Source: Spirochaetia bacterium
GTDB taxonomy: Bacteria > Spirochaetota > Spirochaetia > SZUA-6 > Bin103
Assembly: GCA_965215345.1 (NCBI GenBank)
Contig: CBDCDL010000001.1
Span: 448,251-512,250, forward strand
Direction of reading: 5' to 3'
DNA length: 64,000 nt
Of this stretch, positions 21,015 through 30,785 are shown in pieces. Under the pieces are notes generated by a model. That model was not told the origin of the DNA, did not search any database, and worked only from the letters and a program-made list of their open reading frames with translations. The position numbers and the translations under genes are program-made. How positions within the stretch are numbered: position 1 is the stretch's first letter; each line of letters opens with the position of its first letter.

Positions 21015-21461
21015 CTATTGTAGCGCTATGACGTCGCCGACATCCGGTACTATTCGCGAATAGAGATCAGGAACGCCTTCCACTTCTCGATGCCAAGCGC
21101 CCCAAGGTGCCTTTTCCTGCACGTATCCGTTGACTTCAGTTACATAGAAATGGTCTTGAGCCAGGAAGATCTTGAAGTTCACGATCTCTTGCTGATCCCA
21201 TCTGAGCCTCAAAAGTCCATGCCGATCGGGGGTTTTTGTCGTGTTGGTGATGGATGCGATGAAGGACAAATCCGTCACTGGTTCGACCTCGTACTGTATG
21301 CTCGGGGGAACATCTTCGTTGTACAGCAGCTCCGTGAGGCTCTCGATCCAGTGTATGATGACGTCGTTCGAGTCGCCCCCCTCGGCCGAATCATGATCGT
21401 CCGCCGACGCCAACGTAGAAGTCACTATCAGAACGAAACAGGCAATCGTTACCCGCAACAT
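21015..21461 (-). CDS. Secreted hypothetical protein in a lower-GC islet
   Basis: Signal peptide MLRVTIACFVLIVTSTLASA. Local GC is noticeably lower than the flanks. Confidence 0.4.
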   Translation of the reverse strand: MLRVTIACFVLIVTSTLASADDHDSAEGGDSNDVIIHWIESLTELLYNEDVPPSIQYEVEPVTDLSFIASITNTTKTPDRHGLLRLRWDQQEIVNFKIFLAQDHFYVTEVNGYVQEKAPWGAWHREVEGVPDLYSRIVPDVGDVIALQ

Positions 21462-21565
21462 CGTGCTGCTCCAGCGCAAGGATGGCAAACGGCAGAATGA
21501 GTCGTCAACCGGGCTCTCGACGTATGAATCTGTCCGATCTTTCGTGCTGAGCACCACCGGATCAG

Positions 21566-22486
21566 TCATTCCAGCGTCTCGCTCAGCACGCCGTTCGGAC
21601 CCACCAGCAGGACTTCCCCGGATGCGAGTTCGTCCTCCGCGAACTGCAACGCCCTGCCGGGCTCGATCGCCGCGACGGTCGCGTTGTCCGTCAGCGTCTC
21701 GCCGGCCAGCCGTTCCCAGATCACCTCGACGCTCCGCCGTGCGGTCCAGCGCTCATCGTCTTCCCCCTCTACGAAGACGGCGGTCCCCGACCGGCGGACG
21801 GGATCGTGCGCGCCGTCGGTCGTGAGGACGAGTCTGCCTTCGCGCGGCGTGTGCACGAGGTGGCGCTCAGCGAGGATTCCTTCCGGTATGCCGATCGCTT
21901 CGATCAGGCTGTTGTCCGGCTCGGTCGGCTGGTACGGTTCGGGCGGGGTTGCTCCCCTCGCCAAGCGGTCGAGCACTTCGGTATGGCCGGCGTCGGTGTC
22001 ATCGGTGGTGAGGCATCGGAACGGGCGCTCGGGCTCGATCAGGTGCGCCCGCGTGTCACCGGTGTGGGCGAGCATCCCGCTCCGGCGTTCCCAGACCGCG
22101 GCGGTCAGGGTCGTCCCGCCCCGTCCCTTGAGCGCCTCCAGCACCTCCCGTTGCGCGCGCAACACGGCTTCCGCGAGCACGTCGCGGGGCGTGTCGTGCT
22201 CGCCGGACAGGCAGGTCTCGACGACGATTCGCACCGTGTGGCGGCTCGCCCAGCCGCCGTCCTCCATGCCGCCCATGCCGTCCGCAGCCACCACGGCACA
22301 GCGCGGGGAGCGGTAGGTTCCGCGGCGCCAGAGCAGCACCGCGCCGCAGTCCTGCTGCTCCTCGCGCGGGCCCTGCTGCATGCCGAGCGCCATCGCGCCG
22401 TCGGCGCCCGCGTGGATCGCCCCGTCCTCATAGTCGGCGAGGCTGAACGCGTTCAGGATTCGTTCGCGCACGTCAGCCGGCCCCAC
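21566..22486 (-). CDS. PP2C-family Ser/Thr protein phosphatase
   Basis: The DGMGG motif and other PP2C metal-binding blocks. Confidence 0.65.
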   Translation of the reverse strand: MGPADVRERILNAFSLADYEDGAIHAGADGAMALGMQQGPREEQQDCGAVLLWRRGTYRSPRCAVVAADGMGGMEDGGWASRHTVRIVVETCLSGEHDTPRDVLAEAVLRAQREVLEALKGRGGTTLTAAVWERRSGMLAHTGDTRAHLIEPERPFRCLTTDDTDAGHTEVLDRLARGATPPEPYQPTEPDNSLIEAIGIPEGILAERHLVHTPREGRLVLTTDGAHDPVRRSGTAVFVEGEDDERWTARRSVEVIWERLAGETLTDNATVAAIEPGRALQFAEDELASGEVLLVGPNGVLSETLE

Positions 22487-23582
22487 GCACCGCAGTGCGA
22501 CTCGGACCCGTCTTCTCCCGGGTCTGCCCGTCCCGGAACCCCATTCCCTTCCGGCGGCCGCGCATGGCCGCGTGCGCTTCCGGCGACCCGTCGTGGAAGC
22601 TGCCGAACCACTTGTCCAGCGGCACGCCCTCGTTGCCGTAGTTGCACTCGAAGTAGCGGTGGTGCAGGTAGTGGAAGTAGCCGCCGTTGCTGAAGGTCTT
22701 GTCTTCCTTGAGCACGAACTCCGAGAAGCCGGAATGACCGGCCGCCGGGCTCAGCCCGGTGTGCATGAGGTGGAACACCGCGTGGATGGGGTGCGACGGG
22801 AGCACCCAGTGCACGAGCACGCCGGAGAAGTAGATCAGGTGCTCGATCGGGTGCATGGACAGCCCCGACCAGGGGCCGATGTTGACGTTGCGGTGGTGGA
22901 GGTAGTGGGCGATCTTGTAGAGCGGCTTCCAGTGCGTCCACCGGTGCGTCCAGTAGAAGTGCATCTGCCGGATGAACAGGACCGCGATCATCATCAGCGA
23001 GCAGTAGGCGATGCCGGCCGGCGACCGCCACTCGACCCGCGGCAGCCAGCCGTTGCCGTACATCCACAGGGTCACCGCCTCGTAGGCGGTCCAGATGCCG
23101 GCGCCGGAGACCAGCGACCAGAACATGTTGTCCCAGGTCTGGTTGCCGAACAGGAACGCCCGGTTCTTCTTCGCCAGCCAGCGGCCGTTGTACTTGTACT
23201 GCTTCCCCTGCGCGCGCTTGATGTACAGCCGCAGGTGCAGCCCGCCGGCGATCAGCAGGAGGAGCGCGACGTTGCGCAGGTAGATCTCCGCGATCCAGCC
23301 GACCTGGAAGGTGGCGGTGCGCTCCAGCGATGGCGTGAGAAAGAGCCACGCCACCACCGCGATGCCCATGTAGACCAGGTTCTTCGGCCACAGGATGCCG
23401 TCGTGCCCGAAGATCGCCTTGAGAATCACCTTCATCCGCACCGGCCGGTCCCACATCGGGGACGGCTGCGGGAGGTTCGCCGGCTGCCACTCGCCCTTCG
23501 CGTCGCGAACGCCCAGATCCGCCTCAGCCATGACGTTGCAGGATAGCATCTGCCCGCCGGATGTAAACCCCTGGGCGGTCAT
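22473..23582 (-). CDS. Fatty-acid hydroxylase / sterol desaturase superfamily membrane protein
   Basis: Histidine boxes (HRWTHW, HYLHHR, HYLHHRY) plus TM helices. The start may be the internal ATG at 23531. Confidence 0.7.
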   Translation of the reverse strand: MTAQGFTSGGQMLSCNVMAEADLGVRDAKGEWQPANLPQPSPMWDRPVRMKVILKAIFGHDGILWPKNLVYMGIAVVAWLFLTPSLERTATFQVGWIAEIYLRNVALLLLIAGGLHLRLYIKRAQGKQYKYNGRWLAKKNRAFLFGNQTWDNMFWSLVSGAGIWTAYEAVTLWMYGNGWLPRVEWRSPAGIAYCSLMMIAVLFIRQMHFYWTHRWTHWKPLYKIAHYLHHRNVNIGPWSGLSMHPIEHLIYFSGVLVHWVLPSHPIHAVFHLMHTGLSPAAGHSGFSEFVLKEDKTFSNGGYFHYLHHRYFECNYGNEGVPLDKWFGSFHDGSPEAHAAMRGRRKGMGFRDGQTREKTGPSRTAVRGAG

Positions 23583-23612
23583 TCAACGCCGCCGCGTCCG
23601 CCTTCCGGCAGC

Positions 23613-25073
23613 GTGCGTGTGGAGGGTATCGGGCGTGCTACCCTCGGCTGCGTGAGTGACGGAACCAATCTGGAACGGCTCGACGCCGAGCGGCGCCTGT
23701 TCGTCGACCTGCTCGACGTCGCCCGCCGCGACAACGTGAGCCGCACCTTCCACCAGGCGCGCAAGCACGGCCTGCCGGTCATCGCCCAGGAAGAGCCGTG
23801 GGAGCGGATGGGCGGCATGACCGCCTCGGTCATCCACGACGACGAGGAGGGCGTCTTCAAGGCGTGGTACATGGCCGGCATGTATGCCCCCGACAAGGAG
23901 CACGTGCAGTGCTTGGCGCTGTCCGACGACGGCATCAACTGGACCAAGCCCGTGCTGGGCCTGCACGAGGCGCTCGGCAACACGGACAACAACATCGTCG
24001 TGCCGGCCGAGTACCACGACGGCAGGGACCACTTCGAGACGATGATGAAGGATCCCATGGATCCCGACCCGGAGCGCCGCTACAAGGCGATCGGCTGGGC
24101 CAGCTACGACTGGGACGGGCCGCTGAGCGGGATCTATACCGGCACGTCGCCCGACGGCATGCGCTGGACCTTCACCCCGGAGCCGATCATCCGCTACCAC
24201 CCGCGGCCCGGTACCGCCGACCTGGGGCCGATCGGCGACGCGCAGGCGATGATGATCGACACGCGGCGCACGCGCTACGTGGCGATGCTGCGCGGTGCGG
24301 GCAATCATCCCGGCTGGCGGGTCATGTCGGTCAGCAAGGACTTCGTCACCTGGACCAGGCCGGAGCGCTTCCTGTTCCAGCTCAACCACGAGGAGTCGCT
24401 GTACAACAACAACGGCTTCGTCTACGGGGCGCAGTACCTGGGCATCCTGACCCACTTCGACCGGCGCGCGGAGCACCAGTCGCAGACCCTCCGGCTGCTG
24501 ACCAGCCGCGACGGCGACGTGTGGATGCGGGCGCCGGCGGCCGAGTCGCTGGTCGGGCTGGGCGAGGTCGGCGACTGGGACCGCTTCCAGATCATGCTCA
24601 CCGGCGCGCCGCCGGTTCCGGTCGGCGATCGCCTGCATATCTACTACCGCGGCACCTCGCGCCGCCACAACAAGGTGGTGGGCGAGTTCGAGCCCCGGAT
24701 CGACCCGGACCAGGAGCGCGGCGGCATGTCGATCGGGCTGGCCACGCTGCGGCTGGACGGCTTCGCCTCCATCGACGCCAGCTACGACGGCGGCGCCATC
24801 ACGACGGTGCCGTTCGACTTGGCCGGAGCCGAGTTGCACGTCAACGCCAAGTGCGACTTCGGCCGCATCGGGGCGGAGCTGCTCGACGAGGGGTACCGCC
24901 CGATCCCGGGCCATGCCGCCGACGACTGCATCGCAGTCAGCGCCGATGCCACCGACCAGGTCATCCGCTGGCGCGGAGACGCGGCGGGCCGGCCGCTTTC
25001 GGCCATCACCGCGCCGGTGCGGATCCGCTTCCACATGGCCAACTCCCGCCTCTACAGCTACTGGCTGCAGTGA
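23613..25073 (+). CDS. Beta-propeller glycoside-hydrolase-like protein, paralog 3
   Basis: Same family as the genes at 6908 and 8479 (SDDGINWT, SPDGMRWT, SRDGDVWM). The start codon is uncertain (GTG at 23613). Confidence 0.55.
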   Translation: MRVEGIGRATLGCVSDGTNLERLDAERRLFVDLLDVARRDNVSRTFHQARKHGLPVIAQEEPWERMGGMTASVIHDDEEGVFKAWYMAGMYAPDKEHVQCLALSDDGINWTKPVLGLHEALGNTDNNIVVPAEYHDGRDHFETMMKDPMDPDPERRYKAIGWASYDWDGPLSGIYTGTSPDGMRWTFTPEPIIRYHPRPGTADLGPIGDAQAMMIDTRRTRYVAMLRGAGNHPGWRVMSVSKDFVTWTRPERFLFQLNHEESLYNNNGFVYGAQYLGILTHFDRRAEHQSQTLRLLTSRDGDVWMRAPAAESLVGLGEVGDWDRFQIMLTGAPPVPVGDRLHIYYRGTSRRHNKVVGEFEPRIDPDQERGGMSIGLATLRLDGFASIDASYDGGAITTVPFDLAGAELHVNAKCDFGRIGAELLDEGYRPIPGHAADDCIAVSADATDQVIRWRGDAAGRPLSAITAPVRIRFHMANSRLYSYWLQ

Positions 25074-25119
25074 CGTCTCGAACCACGGGGCTACCCGGAA
25101 CCCCACCAAGGAGCACCGC

Positions 25120-26634
25120 ATGATCACCGTCCGGAACAGCGTCCCCAACCCCGTCGTCGAAGAGGCGGTCCTGTTCCCGTTCGACACCTACAGTTGCCCG
25201 TTCTCGGCCGGGCTCCGGCTGCAGCTCATACCGGGCAAGATCCCCGGCCGCGGCAACCCCATCGTCGTCGCCACCGGCGAGCCGGGGGCGCCCGACGACT
25301 TCACCACCCGCTTCTACGGCACGGTCATCCCCATCGACGGCGAGTTGCGCATGTGGTACCTGGCCCGGAGCACCCTGGACGCGGACGGCAGCAACGGCGG
25401 CCAGCTCCGCTGCTGCTACGCCACCAGCACCGACGGCGTCCACTGGGACAAGCCCGACCTGGGCCTGATCGAATTCAACGGTAGTAAGCACAACAACATC
25501 GTCAACCTGCGTGCCGGCCGCTGCGACTTCGCCGCCCTGCCGGTGATGTACGAGCCGGACGACCCGGACCGGGCGCGGCGTTTCAAGTGCGTCTTCGAGA
25601 GCGAGGCGTACGGCAACCAGTTCGCCGTCGCCTACAGCGCGGACGGCCTCAACTGGACCGAGTCGCCTGCCAACCCGGTCGGCCCCGGCCTGGAGCAGAC
25701 CGGGCTGATCCGCCACAATGGCTGCTACTACGTCAACGGCCAGGGCGGCGCGCACTACACCACGGGTCGGGCGCTGGCGACCTTCGCCTCCTACGACTTC
25801 GAGACCTGGACGCAGGCGTCCTGCCTGGGCTTCCGCCGCGACATGGTGCCGCCGGAACCGCTGCTCTACGATCCGCTCTCCTCGGCGCCGAAGGCCAGGT
25901 GGAACCAGAGCGAGGAGGTGCACCTGGGGGCCGGCCTCTGGGACCGGGGCAACGTGATCCTGGGCATCTACGACATCTGGCACGGCACGCCCACCAGCGA
26001 CCGCCAGCTCATCTCCATGGACCTGGGCCTGCTGGTCAGCCACGACGCCCTGCACTTCTCCGAGCCGATCAAGGACTTCCCGATCCTGCCGGCCTACGAG
26101 GAGGCCGGCGCGGTGGTCGGCAAGCCGCCCACGGTCAGCCACGGCCAGGGCATGATCAACTGGGGCGACAAGACCATGCTGTGGTACGAGGCGTGGGGCA
26201 ACCTGCCGGTGGAGGTGCGCCTTGCCACCTGGGAGCGCGACCGGATCGGCTACTTCGAGGCGATGCGCGGCGAAGGCGGCCACCTGGTGACGTGTCCGCT
26301 GGCCGGCGCCACCGAGTTCAGCGCCAACGTCGGCGGCCTTGGCCCGTACACGGAGCTGCGTTTCGAGCTGCTGGACGAGGGCTTCCATCCGCTGCCCGGC
26401 TTCAGCGGCGCCGACGCCGCGGTGCTCACCGGGCTGGAAGGAGCGGGAGAAGGCCAGGAGGACCTGGTCCCGGGTCAGCAGAGCCAGCGGGAGGCCGCGC
26501 CGGCCGCCGGACTGCGCGAGCCGATCCGCTGGCAGCGCCCCCTCCCGGCCGACGCCGGCGCGCTGCGGCTGCAGGTCACCTTCGCCGGCATCCGCCCCGA
26601 GGACGGCCAGCTCTACGCGATCTACGCCCGCTGA
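25120..26634 (+). CDS. Beta-propeller glycoside-hydrolase-like protein, paralog 4
   Basis: AAGGAG ribosome-binding site 7 nt upstream of the ATG. Blade motifs STDGVHWD and SADGLNWT. Confidence 0.6.
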   Translation: MITVRNSVPNPVVEEAVLFPFDTYSCPFSAGLRLQLIPGKIPGRGNPIVVATGEPGAPDDFTTRFYGTVIPIDGELRMWYLARSTLDADGSNGGQLRCCYATSTDGVHWDKPDLGLIEFNGSKHNNIVNLRAGRCDFAALPVMYEPDDPDRARRFKCVFESEAYGNQFAVAYSADGLNWTESPANPVGPGLEQTGLIRHNGCYYVNGQGGAHYTTGRALATFASYDFETWTQASCLGFRRDMVPPEPLLYDPLSSAPKARWNQSEEVHLGAGLWDRGNVILGIYDIWHGTPTSDRQLISMDLGLLVSHDALHFSEPIKDFPILPAYEEAGAVVGKPPTVSHGQGMINWGDKTMLWYEAWGNLPVEVRLATWERDRIGYFEAMRGEGGHLVTCPLAGATEFSANVGGLGPYTELRFELLDEGFHPLPGFSGADAAVLTGLEGAGEGQEDLVPGQQSQREAAPAAGLREPIRWQRPLPADAGALRLQVTFAGIRPEDGQLYAIYAR

Positions 26635-26733
26635 CCGCAGGTCTGCGGTGCTTCGCTCCTTGTAGGTGCGAGGTGTAACATGTGCGTCGGCCAGTCTCTG
26701 GCACCAAAGTTCGGCGATTCACGCAACGGATCT

Positions 26734-26763
26734 TGACGATCCCGGCGCCTGCGCAGTATAGTG
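26734..26763 (+). promoter_or_regulatory. Sigma70-like promoter candidate (TTGACG - 18 nt - TATAGT) in the AT-rich leader
   Basis: Read directly: cTTGACGatcccggcgcctgcgcagTATAGTg. Confidence 0.3.
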
Positions 26764-26923
26764 TCAAGCGTATTTGTGACGAAGACGACAAGGTCGTTCA
26801 TGGGTCGGGTGGTGTCTGATTCCACTATATTGCACCGACAGACGATCTTATTCCGAGTCACATATCCCTGCAAGCGAAGGAGGCTGGAAGCCCATGTAGA
26901 TTCAACAAGTGCGTTTGCAAGTA

Positions 26924-26959
26924 CGATATTGGATCACATACAGCTAGGAGTGGTATAAT
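26924..26959 (+). promoter_or_regulatory. Promoter candidate with an extended -10 (TGgTATAAT) and a TTGGAT -35-like hexamer
   Basis: Read directly: TTGGATcacatacagctaggagTGGTATAAT. Confidence 0.3.
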
Positions 26960-27436
26960 GACCTTCAAGGTGTTTCCAATAGACAACAACAGAAGGAGGG
27001 TCCTTGAAAAGCAAGGGATCGAAAAACAGGAAATTTCGTTTATACACATTATGCATGAATCTGAACATGGGTTGCATGTCAGGCAGGAAAAAAACGCAAG
27101 AAATGTCGCTGTTCAAGGAATGCGCTGAGAATTACGAAGATGATCGTTTTCATGATTTACATACTCAACGGTTTTCCCAGGATATAAGAGCGGATGTAAT
27201 CTGACGCACCGTGAGTGACCTTGCCAGCGAGACTCTGGCCTGCGTAAGCAGAGCTATGAGGGGAGCTGGTACGGTCACTTGCTTGGTCCAGCACCGCAAC
27301 TGTATTATTGTGACAAGTGCTGGTTCTGGTAAGACGCATGCTATGGAGTCTCTAAGCGGTGATTTGTTTCGTTCGGCTTGTGGGATCCCGTTAGGGACTG
27401 TTACACGAGGTCGATCTCAAGGAGAGAATCAAGAAC

Positions 27437-28354
27437 ATGCAACAGATGAAGGATTCGAAATTGACGCGAATCGGAGTGTTCTATGACGGAAGTTACTTCT
27501 CACATGTGAGCAACTATTACTGCTACGACCACCAGCGGAAGGCGCGCATCAGCATTTCCGGCCTGCACGATTTCATACGGGAGGAAGTCGCGAAGAACGA
27601 GCAGGCAGACGCTCGCTATTGCCAGATCGTGGATGCGCATTACTTTCGGGCGCGGATGTCCGCCGCTGACGCCCAGGAACGGGACGCCCTGTATGGTGAA
27701 CGGGTCTTTGAGGACGTTCTCATCAACGCCGGGGTTACGACCCACTTCCTGCCAACCACGTCGCGCGGGGAAAAGGGCGTCGACGTCTGGCTGGCCCTCG
27801 AAGCGTTCGACCTCGCCATCCACAAGCAGTTCAATGTCGTCGTTCTGGTTGCCGGAGACGGTGACTACGTGCCGCTGGTTCGTAAGCTCAATACGCTTGG
27901 GGCGAGAACGATGGTCACCGCATGGGACTTCAAGTTCAGCGATGGCAGCGGCCAGGAGCGGGAGACCAGAACGTCCCAGTTCTTGATCAACGAGGTCACC
28001 TACGCGATCATGATGGACCGCATCATCGATGACCGGTCGCGCAGCCAGGACCGTATAGTCAACAACCTGTTCTTGGCCGCGGCCCAACCGCCTGCTCCGC
28101 GCCGTGTGCAGCCCGCGGCGGCCATCTCGGATGAGCTGCAAGCGGGTGTCATACAGAACATCAAGGATGGCTACGGATTCATAGCTCCCGATTCCGGCGG
28201 CGAGAACCTGTTTTTCCACTGGACGGGAGTGAGAAACGAAGACTTCGAGGAGCTGCGGATCGGCGAACTGGTCCATTTCATCGTCGGCAGCAATGACCGT
28301 GGCCCGTGCGCGGTCGACGTGAGGCGAGTGGAGAACACGAATGCGGGAAGGTAG
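27437..28354 (+). CDS. NYN-domain (LabA-like RNase) protein fused to a C-terminal cold-shock domain
   Basis: NYN blocks (IGVFYDGSY..., EKGVDVWLALEAFD, VVVLVAGDGDYVPLV). The C-terminus carries the S1-like CSD motif GVIQNIKDGYGFIAPDSGGENLFFHWTGV. A good AAGGAG ribosome-binding site precedes the start. Confidence 0.7.
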   Translation: MQQMKDSKLTRIGVFYDGSYFSHVSNYYCYDHQRKARISISGLHDFIREEVAKNEQADARYCQIVDAHYFRARMSAADAQERDALYGERVFEDVLINAGVTTHFLPTTSRGEKGVDVWLALEAFDLAIHKQFNVVVLVAGDGDYVPLVRKLNTLGARTMVTAWDFKFSDGSGQERETRTSQFLINEVTYAIMMDRIIDDRSRSQDRIVNNLFLAAAQPPAPRRVQPAAAISDELQAGVIQNIKDGYGFIAPDSGGENLFFHWTGVRNEDFEELRIGELVHFIVGSNDRGPCAVDVRRVENTNAGR

Positions 28355-28748
28355 GCGAAGGGGACTGCGCGTGACCTACTCAGTCATCTCCGCGACCGCT
28401 CGCAGTAACGGGACTCCGGCGCATGTCGGTGGTGCAAATGGTGTCGCCGAGCGCCTCGCGGTGCAGGTCGTCGGTCGCTCGTGCAGGAGGTGTGGATGCG
28501 AGCGTCGGCTTTGACGTGACGTTGGTCTGCGGGGCCGTGGAACTGTTCGGTTTCCTCGGTCAGGCTGAGCGCCCAGCACGACGTCGGACGGGATCGTCAC
28601 CGCCGTCGTGGACAAAGGTGACCAACCATGCTGCTTTCTCATCGACGGACCACTACCGCGGCACTCCCAATAGCCTGGATGGGTGCGCCGCGCATGCCAG
28701 GTGAGTTGAGAGCCCGATTGCCGGGATGTGGGCCCCGGTGCGTGTCGC

Positions 28749-29213
28749 TTACTCGATCAGCTCCACGATGGCGCCCAGCTCGGCGACGAATCGCTCGTGC
28801 GCCGAGCGGAACGCCGCCAGGGTGGTAGGAATTCGATTCTGCACAATCTGAATGCGGTCCGGGTTGAGCCGCGTGCCGTATAGGTTGCGGAACATGTGGC
28901 GAAACGCGCGCAGCTCATGGATGTCCTGTGCGAGCGATCGATCCAGGAGGCGGGGCCGCAGGTCCTCGATCTCGATCGTCATGCGTTCCACGAGCTCGCG
29001 GTGCCATACCGACGGCGGCAAGTCATTCTCGAAGAACCGGGAGACCCGGAGGAAGTAGGACTCCAGCGCGTTGTAGATGTTGTGAATGGTGTAGGCCAGC
29101 GCCGCCCAGTCCAACTCATCGGTCGCTCCGTGCCGGATGCGGCCGTCGGCTTTCAGGTTGGTCTCGGCAAGGTCGCCGAGAACCTCGGTATCACCGTGCA
29201 ACTCAGCGATCAA
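28749..29213 (-). CDS. HEPN-fold protein (NTase substrate-binding, HI0074-like), partner of the upstream NTase
   Basis: An all-helical ~150-aa protein immediately downstream of a minimal NTase. The family call is tentative. Confidence 0.5.
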   Translation of the reverse strand: MIAELHGDTEVLGDLAETNLKADGRIRHGATDELDWAALAYTIHNIYNALESYFLRVSRFFENDLPPSVWHRELVERMTIEIEDLRPRLLDRSLAQDIHELRAFRHMFRNLYGTRLNPDRIQIVQNRIPTTLAAFRSAHERFVAELGAIVELIE

Positions 29214-29237
29214 TATTGCGACGCGCGCTGCTCTCGT

Positions 29238-29600
29238 TCATACATGAGCCTGCCGTCGATGTTCGACAGCCCGGCTGATCACCGGACTGGCGTTCGGTAG
29301 ATCGACGACGTCGACCTTGAACGGGCTGTCGAGCGCTATCGAGACCAGACGGAGATACTGTGGTGAGTCAACGGCCAGATCCACGTCCGGCTCCCGGTTG
29401 CCCAGGTCGCCGGTAGCCAGCGAACCGAAGAGCACGACCGTGCGGAGGTCGGGGTCCGCCTCAAGGAAGCACTTCGTGAGCCGCTCGGCTTCCGCGAGGC
29501 CGGCCGCTCGCCATTCTCGGCGCATGTGTTCGAGATGAGCCGATCTCTTCGGCGCTCTCGCTGCTTTGAGCCCTTCGGCTACACCACGAAGGAATCGCAT
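29238..29600 (-). CDS. Minimal nucleotidyltransferase (MNT-like)
   Basis: The LFGSLATGDLGNREPDVDLAV NTase motif. The longer ORF extension to 29738 is derived from a fucosidase gene fragment and is probably not translated. Confidence 0.6.
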   Translation of the reverse strand: MRFLRGVAEGLKAARAPKRSAHLEHMRREWRAAGLAEAERLTKCFLEADPDLRTVVLFGSLATGDLGNREPDVDLAVDSPQYLRLVSIALDSPFKVDVVDLPNASPVISRAVEHRRQAHV

Positions 29601-29639
29601 TCCGTTCCTCGTCCACAGCCGGGAGAACGTAGTCGGCTG

Positions 29640-29860
29640 AGACACCGCGTGTCGAGAGTGTCCGCCTTCGATCGAACGCGCTACGCGACGACATTCGTCG
29701 CCGAAGTCCAGGCGGATCACCATCACGGTGCCGGTCATTCGGTTGACCGCTCGCTTCCGTCGTGTAGCAGCGTCGCGCGCTCAGGAGCGACCCGCAGCGG
29801 ATTGAGAGTCAGGCCGGTGCTCTGCGGGGCCGTCGAGCATCTGCCGCACCAATGATTCCG
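29640..29860 (-). pseudogene. Decayed duplicate of the 3' end of the GH29 fucosidase gene
   Basis: About 200 bp is a clear but diverged copy of 30795-31010, with an internal deletion. It encodes ...STGLTLNPLRVAPERATLL...MTGTVMVIRLDFG, against ...STGLILKPLRIAPDRATLL...MAGTVMVIRLEFG in the intact gene. Confidence 0.5.
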
Positions 29861-30344
29861 GCTCAACAAGCACGTCCGAGACACGCTTCCCTAAAGTTTC
29901 AGCGATTGCGGCTAATGTCTTGACCCTGGGCGTCTGTTCGCCGTTCTCGATCCGTACCAGCGTAACGCGTCCAATGTTAGCCGCTCGTGCTAGCTGCTCT
30001 TGAGTCAATCCCGCCGAGTCTCGCAACGTCCTGAGCCGCTCGCCGAGGGTCCGCCTGCCGTGCATGGCTATCGCCTCAACGGTGGACCGGTAGGATTCGT
30101 CACAGTAGTGGCGTGCGAAATCCCAGGGAATCTCAATGTGTTCACCGTTGACCGTGTTGAGAATCATCTGGTATGGGTTCGGCAATTCAAGACTGGACAG
30201 GTCCGTAGCATCACTGATCTCGTCGATATCGCTGTAGGGTATCATGCCTTTGCACCCATCGGCGAAGCTCAACTGGACTCCATTGGCCACTATGTTGGCG
30301 ACCATCATCATCCGATCGGCGTTCTTTACCAAAACCGCATCCAT
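29781..30344 (-). CDS. DUF2442 domain protein with a C-terminal XRE-type HTH
   Basis: N-terminal DUF2442-like region plus the HTH LTQEQLARAANIGRVTLVRIENG. It is paired with an upstream DUF4160 gene. Confidence 0.6.
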   Translation of the reverse strand: MDAVLVKNADRMMMVANIVANGVQLSFADGCKGMIPYSDIDEISDATDLSSLELPNPYQMILNTVNGEHIEIPWDFARHYCDESYRSTVEAIAMHGRRTLGERLRTLRDSAGLTQEQLARAANIGRVTLVRIENGEQTPRVKTLAAIAETLGKRVSDVLVEPESLVRQMLDGPAEHRPDSQSAAGRS

Positions 30345-30347
30345 CGC

Positions 30348-30584
30348 CTATCCTCCATGAATGGCTTCCCACGTGTTCCTGATGTCTTCGACGTGTGTCG
30401 CATATACCTTCAAGATGTCCCTGAAGTTTCCGGGTGGCAGATCGTCCATATAGGTTCCGCCGTTCAGTTCAATGCGGCACACATCTTCGTTGCCAACCCA
30501 AACGTGTACGTGTGGCGGCTCAAAGCTGTTCTCCCGCGTGTTGATAACGAACCGAAACTGTCCTTCCATGACGACGGTCGGCAC
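30348..30584 (-). CDS. DUF4160 domain protein
   Basis: EPPHVHVW motif. Four nucleotides separate it from the DUF2442 gene. Confidence 0.65.
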   Translation of the reverse strand: MPTVVMEGQFRFVINTRENSFEPPHVHVWVGNEDVCRIELNGGTYMDDLPPGNFRDILKVYATHVEDIRNTWEAIHGG

Positions 30585-30785
30585 TCGGAGTCCTCGGACA
30601 GCGTAGCCACGTTTCCCCCGCGCATCGCGATCCTTGATGTATCATAGAGCGATACATGCAGTCAAGCGTCGCTCTGGCAACAGGATGCAGCCTCGGCCGC
30701 GTCCTGGACGCGCGCGCGTGAGGCCGAAGACGGATCGACAACGAAGGCAGTCCCGCGGGCAGCACTGCCGAGCCTCGTGGTGGTA

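Noticed and set aside
26958-27128. 56-aa ORF (MTFKVFPIDNNRRRVLEKQGIEKQEISFIHIMHESEHGLHV...) inside the AT-rich leader
   Set aside because: Its ATG overlaps the putative -10 element. There is no ribosome-binding site at a proper spacing and no recognisable family. The composition may simply reflect the AT-rich DNA.
29600-29738. N-terminal extension of the NTase ORF (MTGTVMVIRLDFGDE...)
   Set aside because: The sequence is derived from the duplicated fucosidase 3' fragment and lies upstream of a more plausible internal ATG. It is unlikely to be part of the NTase protein.
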